Origin: Eledone cirrhosa
Lineage: Eukaryota
Assembly: GCA_964016885.1 (NCBI GenBank)
Contig: OZ024759.1
Span: forward strand, 25,792,001-25,856,000
Reading direction: 5' to 3'
DNA: 64,000 bases
The notes beneath the pieces were generated by a model. It made no database searches, had not been told where the DNA came from, and saw only the letters and a program-made list of their open reading frames with translations. The position numbers and the translations under genes are program-made. The stretch's first letter is position 1. Each line of letters begins with the position of its first letter. This document shows positions 27,350 to 43,380 of the stretch, in pieces.

Positions 27350-28430
27350 GGTACTACTACCACTACCAGCAGCAGCACCACCACCACCACCACTACTACT
27401 ACTACTAACACAGACAATGTTGGCCTTTTGAATTACATGTATTGTCCATAATCTATTTTAGAGTTGGTGACTGAGCATTCCACAGGCAGGTGTACCCTCA
27501 ATATAGTTCTCAGGGAGATTCAGCATGACACAGTATGTCTGATGAAGACGGTCCATTGTGTTTTAGTTACGGTCCATAATGTATTTTAGTGTAAGTGGCT
27601 GAGCATTCCAGAAACACGTCTACCCTCATGCAGTTCTCAGGGAGATTCAGTGTGACACAGTATTTAACAGGACTGACGTACTGTATTACAGTAACAATTG
27701 CTTTTGTATTACAGTGTAAGTGGCTGAGCATTCTACAAACACATGTACATTTAACGTAATTCTCAGGGAGATTCAGCACTACACAGTTTATCGTATAATT
27801 GACCCTTTGTATTACAGGAAATAGGTTTTGTATTACTGTGTAAGTGATTAAGTATTCTATAAACACCTGCACTATTAAAGAGTTCTCAGGGAGATTCAGC
27901 ATTTCGGGGCTGATTCTTTGAATTGAGCTTGCCTAATTGTACATCTGAAAGTCGATGGCTCAGGATCCTGACCTCTGGTGCTATACAATAATAAAAAAGC
28001 CCCTCTCCAATATGTAGGGGCTGAGATATTCATATAGTATACCCGCCCCCCCCTTCCCATATACCTCCCATGTCCTAACAAGCTCCAACCCTTAGATATA
28101 CCTCCCCAAGTCCCCCAGCATCTCTCCCACCCAAGTCCCCAATTCACACTGTAAAATGGTCCTGTAAGTATCACGACAAAAACACCTGGACCACACTGTA
28201 ATAGTAATAATAGTAATTAACATTACAAATTAATATTAATAGGGACTATAACGAGAGTGACCTCCCCTGATTTCATTAACTTTTATATTGTTTTATTTCA
28301 TTCATAACAATTTATATGTAATTACCTGTTACGTCTCATGACGTTGACACTTTAATACTACTACTGCTGCTACTACTACTAATATTATTACAGCTACTAC
28401 TAGTACTACTATTACTACTAGTACTACTAT

Positions 28431-28463
<33 letters not shown>

Positions 28464-28583
28464 CACTACTAATACTACTACCACCACTACTAATACTACT
28501 ACCACCACTACCACCACCACTGCTACCACCACCACTACTACTACTACCACTACTACTACTACCACTACTACTACTACTACTAT

Positions 28584-28640
<57 letters not shown>

Positions 28641-28963
28641 CGCCACTACTACTACTACCACCACGACTACCACTAATACTACCACCAGTACCACCACTAC
28701 TGCTACTACTAGTACTACCACCACTACTACTATTACTACTAGTACCACCACCACTACTACTACGACTATTACTACTACAACTAATACTACTACCACCAAC
28801 ACCACTACTACTACTAATATTATTACAGCTACTACTAATACTAATACTAGTACTACTACTAGTACTACTACCACTACTACTACCACCACCACCACTACTA
28901 ATACTACTACTACTACCACTACCAGTACTACAACCACCACCACTACCACCCCCACTGCTGCTG

Positions 28964-29027
<64 letters not shown>

Positions 29028-29033
29028 CATTAT

Positions 29034-29080
<47 letters not shown>

Positions 29081-29113
29081 TCACCACCATCACCACCACC
29101 ACTACTACTACTG

Positions 29114-29157
<44 letters not shown>

Positions 29158-29409
29158 GCCACTACTACTACTACTACCACCACCACCACTACTAATACTA
29201 CTACCACCACTACTACTACCTCCTCTACTACTATTACTACTACTACTACTACAACTACCAACACCACTACCACTAATACTACCACCAGTACCACTACTAC
29301 TGCTACTACTAGTACTACCACCAGTACTACTATTACTACTAGTACCACCACCACTACTAATACTACTACTACTACTACTACTGCAACTACTACTACTACT
29401 GCTGCTGCT

Positions 29410-29440
<31 letters not shown>

Positions 29441-29455
29441 CACAACCAACTCGAC

Positions 29456-29494
<39 letters not shown>

Positions 29495-29905
29495 GACTAA
29501 TACTACTACCACCAACACCACTACGACTACTACTACTACTATTACTACTATTACTACTACGACTACTACTACTACAGGTACTGCTGCTGCTTCTACAACT
29601 ACTACTACTACTACTACTATGACCACTACCACTACAACCACTTCTGCTACTACTACTACTACTACTATTACCACCACCACCACCACCACCACTACTACTG
29701 CCACTACTACTACTGCCACTACCAGTACTACAACCACCACCACTACCATTACTACTACAACTACTACTACAGCACCACTACTACCACCACCGCCACTACT
29801 ACCACCACCACCACTACTACTCCTACTACTACTACTACCACCACCACCACCACTACTAATACTACCACCACTACTACTACTACCACCACTACAACTACCA
29901 CGACG

Positions 29906-29937
<32 letters not shown>

Positions 29938-30019
29938 CACCACTACCACCACTACTACTACTACTACTGCCAGTACTACTACTACCACCACCACAACTAC
30001 TACCACCTCCACCACTTAA

Positions 30020-30063
<44 letters not shown>

Positions 30064-31156
30064 TAACTACTACTAATACTACTACTACCACCACCACCAC
30101 CACTACTACTAAAACTACTACTAATACTACTACTACTAACACAGACAATGTTGGCCTTTTGAATTACAGGTATTGTCCATAATCTATTTTAGAGTTGGTG
30201 ACTGAGCATTCTACAGACAGGTGTACCCTCAATATCGTTCTCAGGGAGATTCAGCATGACACAGTATGTCTGATGGAGCCGGTCCATTGTGTTTTAGTTA
30301 CGGTCCATAATGTATTTTAGTGTAAGTGGCTGAGCATTCCAGAAACACGTGTACCCTCATGCAGTTCTCAGGGAGATTCAGTGTGACACAGTATTTAACA
30401 GGACTGACGTTACGGTATTTCAGGAAGAATTGCTTTTGTATTACAGTGTAAGTGGCTGAGCATTCTACAAACACATGTACATTTAACGTAATTCTTAGGG
30501 AGATTCAGCACTACACAGTTTATCGCATAACTGACCCTTTGTATTACAGGAAATAGGTTTTGTATTACTGTGTAAGGGATTAAGTATTCCATAAACACCT
30601 GCACTATTAAAGAGTTCTCAGGGAGATTCAGCATTTCGGGGCTGATTCTTTGAATTGAGCTTGCCTAATTGTACATCTGAAAGTCGATGGCTCAGGACCC
30701 TGACCTCTGGTGCTATACAATAATAAAAAAAGCCCCTCTCCAATATGTAGGGGCTGAGATATTCATATAGTATACACCACCTTCCCCTCCCCCACCCTTC
30801 CCATATACCTCCCATGTACTAACAACCCCCCACCCTTAGATATACCTCCCCAAGTCCCCCAGCATCTCTCCCACCCAAGTCCCCAATTCACACTGTAAAA
30901 TGGTCCTGTAAGTATCACGACAAAAACACCTGGACCACACTGTCATAGTAATAATAGTAATTAACATTACAAATTAATATTAATAGGGACTATAACGAGA
31001 GTGACCTCCCCTGATTTCATTAACTTTTATATTGTTTTATTTCATTCATAACAATTTATATGTAATTACCTGTTACGTCTCATGACGTTGACACTTTAAT
31101 ACTACTACTGCTGCTACTACTACTAATATTATTACAGCTACTACTAGTACTACTAG

Positions 31157-31216
<60 letters not shown>

Positions 31217-31287
31217 TACTAATACTAATACCACTACCAGTATTACAACCACCACCACTACCACCACCACTGCTACCACCACCACTG

Positions 31288-31336
<49 letters not shown>

Positions 31337-31394
31337 CACTACTACTACTACCACTACTACTACTACTACTACTATCACCACTACTACTACTACA

Positions 31395-31426
<32 letters not shown>

Positions 31427-31793
31427 CGCCACTACTACTACTACCACCACGACTACCACTAATACTACCACCAGTACCACTACTACTGCTACTACTAGTA
31501 CTACCACCACTACTACTATTACTACTAGTACCACCACCACTACAACTACTACTACCACCACTACTACTACGACTATTACTACTACTACTAATACTACTAC
31601 CACCAACACCACTACTACTACTAATATTATTACAGCTACTACTAATACTACTACTAGTACTACTACCACTACTACTACTAGTACTACTACAAGTACTACT
31701 ACTAGTACTACCACCACCACCACTACTAATACTACTACTACTACCACTACCAGTACTACCACCACCACTGCTGCTACTACTACTACTACCACC

Positions 31794-31833
<40 letters not shown>

Positions 31834-31856
31834 TTACTACTACTACTACTATCACC

Positions 31857-31888
<32 letters not shown>

Positions 31889-31925
31889 CACCACTACTAC
31901 TACTACTACTATCACCACCATCACC

Positions 31926-31996
<71 letters not shown>

Positions 31997-32521
31997 CACT
32001 AATACCACCACCGCCACTACTACTACTACTACCACCACCACCACTACTAATACTACTACCACCACTATACTACCTCCTCTACTACTATTACTACTAGTAA
32101 TACAACTACCAACACCACTACCACTAATACTACCACCAGTACCACTACTACTGCTACTACTAGTACTACCACCAGTACTACTATTACTACTAGTACCACC
32201 ACCACTACTAATACTACTACCACTACTACTACTGCAACTACTACTACTACTGCTGCTGCTCTACTACTACTACTACTACTACCACAACCACCTCGACTAC
32301 TACTACTACTACTACTACTACCACTAACACCACTACGACTATTACTACTACTACCACCACCACTACTAATACTACTACCACCAACACCACTACTACTACT
32401 ACTACTACTATTACTACTATTACTACTACGACTACTACTACTACAGGTACTGCTGCTGCTTCTACAACTACTACTACTACTACTACTACTACTATGACCA
32501 CTACCACTACAACCACTTCTG

Positions 32522-32557
<36 letters not shown>

Positions 32558-32630
32558 TTACCACCACCACCACTACTACTGCCACTACTACTACTGCCAC
32601 TACCAGTACTACAACCACCACCACTACCAT

Positions 32631-32663
<33 letters not shown>

Positions 32664-32875
32664 AGCACCACTACTACCACTACTACCACCACCACCACCA
32701 CCACTACTAATACTACCACCACTACTACTACTACCACCACTACAACTACCACGACGACTACTACTACTACTACCACCATCACTACTACCACCACTACCAC
32801 CACTACTAATACTACTACTGCCAGTACTACTACTACCACCACCACTACTACTACCACCTCCACCACTACCACCAG

Positions 32876-32925
<50 letters not shown>

Positions 32926-32930
32926 TTATA

Positions 32931-32977
<47 letters not shown>

Positions 32978-33244
32978 CACTAATACCACCACCGCCACTA
33001 CTACTACTACTACCACCACCACCACCACTACTAATACTACTACCACCACTATACTACCTCCTCTACTACTATTACTACTACTACTACAACTACCAACACC
33101 ACTACCACTAATACTACCACCAGTACCACTACTACTGCTACTACTAGTACTACCACCAGTACTACTATTACTACTAGTACCACCACCACTACAAATACTA
33201 CTACTACTACTACTACTGCAACTACTACTACTACTGCTGCTGCT

Positions 33245-33281
<37 letters not shown>

Positions 33282-33862
33282 CACAACCAACTCGACTACT
33301 ACTACTACTACTACCACTACCACCACTACGACTATTACTACTACTACCACCACCACTACTAATACTACTACTACCACCAACACCACTACTACTACTACTA
33401 CTACTATTACTACTATTACTACTACGACTACTACTACTACAGGTACTGCTGCTGCTTCTACAACTACTACTACTACTACTATGACCACTACCACTACAAC
33501 CACTTCTGCTACTACTACTACTACTACTACTATTACCACCACCACCACTACTACTTCCACTACTACTACTGCCACTACCAGTACTACAACCACCACCACT
33601 ACCATTACTACTACTACTACTACTACTACAGCACCACTACTACCACTACTACCACCACCACCACCACCACCACTACTAATACTACCACCACTACTACTAC
33701 TACCACCACTACAACTACCACCACCACTACAACTACCACGACGACTACTACTACTACTACCACCATCACTACTACCACCACTACCACCACTACTAATACT
33801 ACTACTGCCAGTACTACTACTACCACCACCACTACTACTACCACCTCCACCACTACCACCAG

Positions 33863-33900
<38 letters not shown>

Positions 33901-35113
33901 TAACTACTACTAATACTACTACTACCACCACCACCACCACTACTACTAAAACTACTACTAATACTACTACTACTAACACAGACAATGTTGGCCTTTTGTA
34001 TTACAGGTATTGTCCATAATCTATTTTAGAGTTGGTGACTGAGCATTCTACAGACAGGTGTATCCTCAATATAGTTCTCAGGGAGATTCAGCATGACACA
34101 GTATGTCTGATGGAGCCGGTCCATTGTGTTTAAGTTACGGTCCATAATGTATTTTAGTGTAAGTGGCTGAGCATTCCAGAAACACGTGTACCCTCATGCA
34201 GTTCTCAGGGAGATTCAGTGTGACACAGTATTTAACAGGACTGACGTTACGGTATTTCAGGAAGAATTGCTTTTGTATTACAGTGTAAGTGGCTGAGCAT
34301 TCTACAAACACATGTACATTTAACGTAATTCTCAGGGAGATTCAGCACTACACAGTTTATCGCATAACTGACCCTTTGTATTACAGGAAATAGGTTTTGT
34401 ATTACTGTGTAAGGGATTAAGTATTCCATAAACACCTGCACTATTAAAGAGTTCTCAGGGAGATTCAGCATTTCGGGGCTGATTCTTTGAATTGAGCTTG
34501 CCTAATTGTACATCTGAAAGTCGATGGCTCAGGACCCTGACCTCTGGTGCTATACAATAATAAAAAAGCCCCTCTCCAATATGTAGGGGCTGAGATATAC
34601 ATCTAGTATACACCACCTTCCCTCCCCACACCCTTCCCATATACCGCCCATGTCCTAACAACCCCCCACCCTTAGATATACCTCCCCCAAGTCCCCCAGC
34701 ATCTCTCCCACCCAAGTCCCCAATTCACACTGTAAAATGGTCCTGTAAGTATCACGACAAAAACACCTGGACCACACTGTAATAGTAATAATAGTAATTA
34801 ACATTACAAATTAATATTAATAGGGACTATAACGAGAGTGACCTCCCCTGATTTCATTAACTTTATATTGTTTTATTTCATTCATAACAATTTATATGTA
34901 ATTACCTGTTACGCCTCATGACGTTGACACTTTAATACTACTACTGCTGCTACTACTACTAATATTATTACAGCTACTACTACCAGTACTACTACTACTA
35001 GTACTACGACCACCACCACTACTAATACTACTACTACTACCACTACCAGTACTACAACCACCAGCACTACCACCACTACTGCTGCTACTACTACTACTAC
35101 TACTACAACCACC

Positions 35114-35157
<44 letters not shown>

Positions 35158-35211
35158 CACTATTATTACTACTACTACTACTACTATCACCACCACCACC
35201 ACTACTACTAT

Positions 35212-35267
<56 letters not shown>

Positions 35268-35281
35268 ATATCACCACCACC

Positions 35282-35314
<33 letters not shown>

Positions 35315-35825
35315 TTTACTACCACTACTACCACCACCGCCACTACTACTACTACTACTACCACCACCACCACTACTAATACTACTACCACCACTACTAC
35401 TACCTACTCCTCTACTACTACTACTACAACTACCAACACCACTACCACTAATACTACCACCAGTACCACTACTACTGCTACTACTAGTACTACCACCAGT
35501 ACTACTATTACTACTAGTACCACCACCACTACTAATACTACTACCACTACTACTACTGCAACTACTACTACTACTGCTGCTGCTCTACTACAACTACTAC
35601 TACTACCACAACCACCTCGACTACTACTACTACTACCACTACCACGACTACGACTATTACTACTACTACCCACCACTACTAATACTACTACCACCAACAC
35701 CACTACTACTACTACTACTACTACTATTACTACTACTACTACGACTCCTACTACTACAGGTACTGCTGCTGCTTCTACAACTACTACTACTACTACTATG
35801 ACCACTACCACTACAACCACTTCTG

Positions 35826-35876
<51 letters not shown>

Positions 35877-36233
35877 TTACCACCACCACCACTACCACCA
35901 CTACTACTGCCACTTACTACTACTGTTACTACCAGTACTACAATCACCACCACTACCATTGCTACTACTACTACTACCACCACTACTACCTCTACTACTA
36001 CCACTACTACCACCACCGCCACTTACCACCACTACCACCACCACCACCACTACTACTACTACTACCACCACTACTACTGCCACTACTACTACTGCCACTA
36101 CCAGTACTTCAACCACCACCACTACCATTACTACTACTACTACTACCACCACCGCCACTACTACCACCAACACCACCACTACTACCTCTAGTACTACCAC
36201 CACTACTACTACCATCTCCACCACTACCACCAG

Positions 36234-36283
<50 letters not shown>

Positions 36284-36296
36284 TAACTACTACTAA

Positions 36297-36331
<35 letters not shown>

Positions 36332-36837
36332 TTAAAACTACTACTAATACTACTACTACTACTAACACAGACAATGTTGGCCTTTTGAATTACAGGTATT
36401 GTCCATAATCTATTTTAGAGTTGGTGACTGAGCATTCTACAGACAGGTGTACCCTCAATATAGTTCTCAGGGAGATTCAGCATGACACAGTATGTCTGAT
36501 GAAGCCGGTTCATTGTGTTTTAGTTACGGTCCATAATGTATTTTAGTGTAAGTGGCTGAGCATTCCAGAAACACGTCTACCCTCATGCAGTTCTCAGGGA
36601 GATTCAGTGTGACACAGTATTTAACAGGACTGACGTACTGTATTACAGTAACAATTGCTTTTGTATTACAGTGTAAGTGGCTGAGCATTCTACAAACACA
36701 TGTACATTTAACGTAATTCTCAGGGAGATTCAGCACTACACAGTTTATCGCATAACTGACCCTTTGTATTACAGGAAATAGGTTTTGTATTACTGTGTAA
36801 GGGATTAAGTATTCCATAAACACCTGCACTATTAAAG
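26195..36837. repeat. Hierarchical macrosatellite: ~950-bp complex block alternating with variable (ACT/ACC)n mosaic
   Basis: Marker aacacagacaatgttggcc at 27407, 30138, 33975 and 36364 (periods 2731, 3837, 2389 bp); partial diverged pieces at 26195-26340 and 26878-27030. Confidence 0.95.
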
Positions 36838-37037
36838 NNNNNNNNNNNNNNNNNNNNNNNNNNNNNNNNNNNNNNNNNNNNNNNNNNNNNNNNNNNNNNN
36901 NNNNNNNNNNNNNNNNNNNNNNNNNNNNNNNNNNNNNNNNNNNNNNNNNNNNNNNNNNNNNNNNNNNNNNNNNNNNNNNNNNNNNNNNNNNNNNNNNNNN
37001 NNNNNNNNNNNNNNNNNNNNNNNNNNNNNNNNNNNNN
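36838..37037. other. Assembly gap (200 N)
   Basis: Run of N that truncates the fourth macrosatellite block. Confidence 1.
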
Positions 37038-37157
37038 TAAAGTAGAGTTAAAAATGCGTCCAGTATTGAAACACTTCCTCTTTTAACTTACTTATGTCAT
37101 ATATATATATATCAATATATATATATATATATATATGTACATACATACATACATACA

Positions 37158-37208
<51 letters not shown>

Positions 37209-37339
37209 GATATAGGCATTATATTATTTGCGCATAATGTATTATAACGTTATTCAAGTACTTATATATACGCATAAACATACATATGTATATGCATATA
37301 TATGTATGTATAAATAAGAATATTATATATATATGTAAT

Positions 37340-37372
<33 letters not shown>

Positions 37373-37413
37373 ATGTATACTTATATATATTATATATATA
37401 TATAATATATACT

Positions 37414-37456
<43 letters not shown>

Positions 37457-37624
37457 TTATATATACTTATATATATATAATATATACTTATATATACTTA
37501 TATATAATATATACTTATATATACTTATATCTATATATAATATATACTTATATATACTTATATATATATATATAATATATACTTATATATACTTATATAT
37601 ATATATAATATATACTTATATATA

Positions 37625-37723
<99 letters not shown>

Positions 37724-37911
37724 TTATATATACTTATATATATATATATATTTGCTGAGTGTATCTCCGTATAAATATATAAATATTTTGTACCGGATTA
37801 AATCTTCATACATCTAGAGATAATTCCATTGAGCTGGCTTTTATCCAGCAATGGTGTTGTCCCTTCTTTAAATTGATCCGTCTTACTTAATCTTCAATTT
37901 TCCCTCTATTT

Positions 37912-37973
<62 letters not shown>

Positions 37974-38092
37974 TATATATATATAATATATTTGCATCTA
38001 GTCTATTTTATTTACATTTTACTTTATATTTTTCGTGCTTTTCAAAGCTATAGCCATAATATTGTTTTGGACACACACACACAAACACACGT

Positions 38093-38197
<105 letters not shown>

Positions 38198-38604
38198 AGT
38201 GTGAGTGTTTACATCGGCAGAAATATAAATCCATTGAAATTCACTTACTCAAACTGATCTTTGCATATGATATATATATATATATATATATATAATGTTT
38301 GTATGGATTTTATATATATATCAGTATATATACATATAAGTTTATATATATATATATATATATAGTTGTGGTCGAAGGACGAAAGCGAAAGTTCTTATTT
38401 TTGGTATAATGTATTTGAATGTCAAGAGATCAGGGAAGGAGGGAGAAAGGAAGATAGTAATATCACCGTAAGAAAAAAAAATAAAAAGAAAAGAAAAGAA
38501 AAAGCACAAACATCATCAACATCAAAGGCAACAATAATAACAATAACAACCCTAACAACATAATGTTAACTTCGGAAAACAAATGAAAAAAATTACAAAT
38601 ATAA

Positions 38605-38635
38605 AAATATGGATCCTACTACTGTTTAACGATAT

Positions 38636-38683
<48 letters not shown>

Positions 38684-38765
38684 AACAACGGGGACGACAA
38701 CTACAACAACAACAACAATATTATATATAATATACAATATGGAACCTACTACTGTTTAACGATAT

Positions 38766-38798
<33 letters not shown>

Positions 38799-39012
38799 AA
38801 CAACAACGGGGACGACAATAACAATAACAACAACAGCAACAACAATATTATATATAATATGCAATATGGAACCTACTACTGTTTAACGATATTACTACTA
38901 CTACAACAACAACAACGACAACGACAATGACAATAACAACAACAACAACAACAACAGCAACAACAATATTATATATAATATACAATATGGAACCTACTAC
39001 TGTTTAACGATA
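38605..39012. repeat. ~125-130-bp tandem repeat with internal (ACT)n/(AAC)n, about 3.3 copies
   Basis: aatatgga(a/t)cctactactgtttaacgata recurs four times. Confidence 0.88.
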
Positions 39013-39036
39013 ACAACATTAATAATAACAATAATA

Positions 39037-39490
39037 ATTTCTACTATAGGCACAAGGCCAGCAATAGTTGAAGGGGAGGGGAAAGTCGATTAAATCGACT
39101 CCGGTGCATTACTGGTACTTTATTTTATCGACCCCGTAAGGATGAAAGGCAAAGCTAACCTCTGCAGGTTTTGAACTTTACGTTCTGAGTTCAAATCCTG
39201 CCGAGGTTAGCTTTGCCTTTCATCCTTACGGGGCCGATAAAATAAAGTACCAATCACGCACTGGGGTCAATTTAATCGACTTTTACCTCCCCCAAATATC
39301 GTTGGCCTTGTGACTAAATCGGAAAGCACGGACGCCGTGCTTTGCAGCATAGAGTTATGCCTCTTTACGGTCTGAGTTCAAATCCCGCCGAGGTTAACTT
39401 TGCCTTTCATCCTTACGGGGTCGATAAAATAAAGCCCCAGTAATACACTGGGATAATTGTTGGCCTTGTGCCAAAAGTAGAAACAATTAT
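39037..39490. mobile_element. Three octopus-type SINE copies: one minus (39037-39177) and two plus (39178-39325, 39329-39490)
   Basis: Repeated ctgagttcaaatcc.gccgaggtta.ctttgcctttcatccttacgggg.cgataaaataaag and its reverse complement. Confidence 0.88.
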
Positions 39491-39669
39491 TATTATTAAA
39501 TAGGGTGGAGAAAATTCAGAAGATAAGGTCGAAAATAATAGCGTGAGTGTTGTATAAAGATAAGTGGTATATATGTTTTGGTATACCATATCACGTGTGT
39601 TGTGTAATACCATATCATATATGTGTTGTGTTGTAATATCATATCACATATATGTGTTGTGTTGTAACA

Positions 39670-40012
39670 CCTGTTTGTTGAAAGGTGGGTAAAAGTGGCG
39701 AGCATGGTCCGTGTGAATGGGGTTGCCTTAAGCATACGCCTATAGATTGGAGTAAAGAAACTGGGAGAGGGCACATTGCCCTAGCGGACAGGGTGACTGT
39801 GGCCTTTGTGGGATTTCTCCACGAGTGACCCTTAGAGTCTCCTCGACTTTGGGGAATTTATGTTTGTTTTTAAATGTTTATTTTTTTACTCTCTGTTATG
39901 AATTCTATTTTACACAAATAACCCCCCCACCACCACCACCACCACACTGTGTCGTCCTGTACCGTCTTTAATGTTTCCTTAATGTGAGCCCTCTGTGGCT
40001 AATAAATAAATA
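39670..40012 (+). mobile_element. Tx1/L1-clade LINE 3' end (third copy)
   Basis: LFVERWVKVASMVRVNGVALSIRL* is homologous to the 22851 copy; ends gtggctAATAAA. Confidence 0.65.
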
Positions 40013-41180
40013 GATTATTATTATTATTAGTAGTAGTAGTAGTAGTTGTTGTTGTTGTGGTAGTAGTTGTTGTTGTTGTGGTAGTAGTGATAGAATACAA
40101 ATGTCTAAGACACGATCAACAACAACAACAACAACAACGACCAGTACAAGACAATGAAAGCATTAAACATGAAGGTGAAGAACAGTGAGAATAAGAATTA
40201 TTAGTAAGAAGGAAAAAAGGTCAAAAGTAAAACAAAACAAGGTTTTAAAAATAATATTCAAACTTTCTAAAATAACAAAAACAACGAAAATTACAACCCC
40301 CCCCCCCCCCCCCCCAAAAAAAAAAGAACAGGATTCGACGACAACCAAGTGTACATTCGCCATTTTGATACTTGGCATTATCACCGCCATATCTAATCTG
40401 TAAAATGTTCAATATTCAGATCAAAAAGAAATTTAAGGGAAACAAATAAACATAGAAACAAATAAACATTTTCTTTTCAGGCTTGAAATACACATTAAAA
40501 AAAAAATCCCTTAAGAAATTTCAAATATATCGCCAAACAAAATTTCGTCGATAAAATACAGTAAAATGTAAAGGCACCCGCCACTTCTCACACACAAATT
40601 AAACACACACACAAACACACACAAACGCACACTGACACATATACACACGCACGCAGAGTAAGACGCACACACATGCAAACATACAAAACTTACGAACTAT
40701 AACACAAATACTCAGACGTTTGGGCATGTATGTATGTGTGCATGTGTGTGTATATGTATGTATTGGTATATTTGTATGCACATGTTTTTTGTGTATGTGT
40801 GTGCAGGCATGTGTATATATATATATATGTATATTTGTGTGTATGTATTAATGCGTGTATGTGTGTGCATGCGGTATATATATATGTATATGTATGTATT
40901 GGTATATCTAATTGACATGAATGTGTGTATCTATATGAGCATGTATGCGTACGCATGTATATAAATAAATATATATGTCTATGCATGTACCTATACATGA
41001 AGAGATGTGTTGTTATTCTCACACTAAACATTAAAGTCGAACCAAAATGTAAAATATATATTAATTTCACGACACACACACACACATACGCACACACATA
41101 GACACATATGCACAAAATCAAATACCCACACACACACTCAACTCATATATAAAATCAAATGCACACAAACTCACACTCAA

Positions 41181-41223
<43 letters not shown>

Positions 41224-41254
41224 CAATGAAATATACAGACAGATTTCTCTCTTT

Positions 41255-41312
<58 letters not shown>

Positions 41313-42028
41313 TATGTATACACACACAATCAAATAAACTAATACACAATCAAACACAAACATACACACAATGACACGCTGACATATACACACTCTAAGA
41401 GATCTGAAAGAATTATTGTGATATTGAAATCTATTCGTTTGGCAACCGTTAAAGATATTTCCAACGAAAAGACATTCTTTACTGGATGTCTTCATAAATG
41501 GAAACACAGCTCTTATTATTTTTCTGACGGATTTTCTACTTAGAAGTTTCGAGAAGGAAATTTTCGGGTCAGATTTTTGAGATTAAATAAAAGATTATAT
41601 GTTACTAAAGAAAAATATAACATCAGGAGAATGAGGAGAGGTAGAGGAGGGGAAGGGTGACGGTGAGGAGGTGTATGAAGTAGAAGAGGAAGGAGAAAAG
41701 ATGAATAATAGGACGAACAAGAAGTATTAAATATGGCCGTGAAAGCAATAGCATGTTAAAACACTGGGATTTACGGAATAGTAATTGAGAGTAATAATGA
41801 TGATGATGTTGTTGATAATAATAATAATAATAATAATGAAATAAACCAATAAATAAGTACCTAAAAGGTTAAAAAAATGCACAGACAAAACCATAAAAAA
41901 ACAAAACTAAAACACTTGGAAGAAAATGGTTTCCATGTTCTTTGATATTTTTAACCTGACCTGAGTGCTATAGTAATTTATATCAGTTAAAATTGTGTAC
42001 GTATACACACACATTTATATATATGTAA

Positions 42029-42104
<76 letters not shown>

Positions 42105-42254
42105 TCACATTAATACATCTATATGTATATATAGATACACACTCACATTAATACATCTATATGTATATATATATATACTTGTACACATGCATGCACGTAT
42201 ACATACACATTATATAAGAATATATTGAAACTTTATAAAGTATATATATATCTA

Positions 42255-42333
42255 CAGGATGGCCCCCCAAAAATGTATACATACTTCACCAGCATGCTAA
42301 TAAATATGTGTATACACTTTTTGGGATGCCCTG
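42255..42333. mobile_element. Tc1/mariner-type MITE (79 bp), related to 17126-17225
   Basis: TA|CAGGATGGCCCCCCAAAAATGTATACA...TGTATACACTTTTTGGGATGCCCTG|TA. Confidence 0.75.
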
Positions 42334-42750
42334 TATATATCTATTTATCTATATATCGAACTATATATATATATATATATATATAAATGCATGTAATTCT
42401 TTCTGGGTCCTTAATGCAGCAAATGTGCGCGATGGTCCAGTAGTGAAACGGTTTCAATTCCCACTTGTCCCCAGTTTGGTATGTCTGTCCAGCTAACGAC
42501 CCGCAGCAAAGCCGAGGTACCACACTGTCTCAAATTTGTAGAATTGTGAAAGGGGAGATTGGGAGCAAAATGGTACGTTTTAACAAAATTCCTTTTTTTT
42601 TTTTTTTCATTACCAAACGTTCCTGTCTCGCGTCTCATCTACATTGAAATATATCCGTTACAAATATTAGCTCGCGTATATATATTTATGTGTATGTATA
42701 TATATATACAAGTATATATATATACAAGTATATATATATATATATATATA

Positions 42751-42800
42751 GGAGAAGAGTCAGGACCCCGACGGCTGAGCTCCAGCCGTTTCGACAGTTA
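42751..42800 (-). mobile_element. Family A single-arm fragment
   Basis: ggagaagagtcaggaccccgacggctgagctccagccgtttcgacag, next to (TA)n. Confidence 0.7.
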
Positions 42801-42876
42801 GATATATATCTGTATAAAGGGAAATATATGTATACATTCATACATATATGTTTATAAGTATATATATGTATATACA

Positions 42877-42942
<66 letters not shown>

Positions 42943-43116
42943 TGTATATATACGTATATATATATACTGTATATATATATATACATATATACACACATAT
43001 TTATATACATATATATATATATATCATATATATATCATATATATATATATATATACTGTATATATATATATATATATATGCATATATACACATATTTATA
43101 CACAAATATATATATC

Positions 43117-43148
<32 letters not shown>

Positions 43149-43298
43149 GATAGATATATACATATGTGTGTATATATATATACATAGATATATACATATG
43201 TGTGTATATACATATATATACATAGATATAGACATATGTGTATATATACATATACATATGTGTATATATATATGTATACATATTTATACATATACATA

Positions 43299-43380
<82 letters not shown>

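Noticed and set aside
27584-27596. AG-T-GTAAGT microexon or recursive-splice-like sites in the macrosatellite monomers
   Set aside because: The polypyrimidine tracts are weak and there is no gene context; not supportable from sequence alone.
27507-27900. CRISPR-like array of 17-bp repeats
   Set aside because: The spacers are about 108 bp and homologous to each other, the context is eukaryotic, and there are no cas genes.
27567-27902. LRR-like protein (LNLPEN repeats)
   Set aside because: Spacing of 41-42 aa without other LRR consensus positions; the fourth monomer is out of frame and blocks 2 and 3 are frameshifted.
26340-36410. Mucin-like poly-Thr (plus) or poly-Val (minus) ORFs
   Set aside because: They are translations of (ACT/ACC)n mosaics; the reading frame shifts repeatedly within and between units, and no signal peptide or folded domain is evident.
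42390-42590. Possible exon in a unique GC-richer island
   Set aside because: No recognisable peptide in any frame and no convincing acceptor-donor pair; left unannotated.
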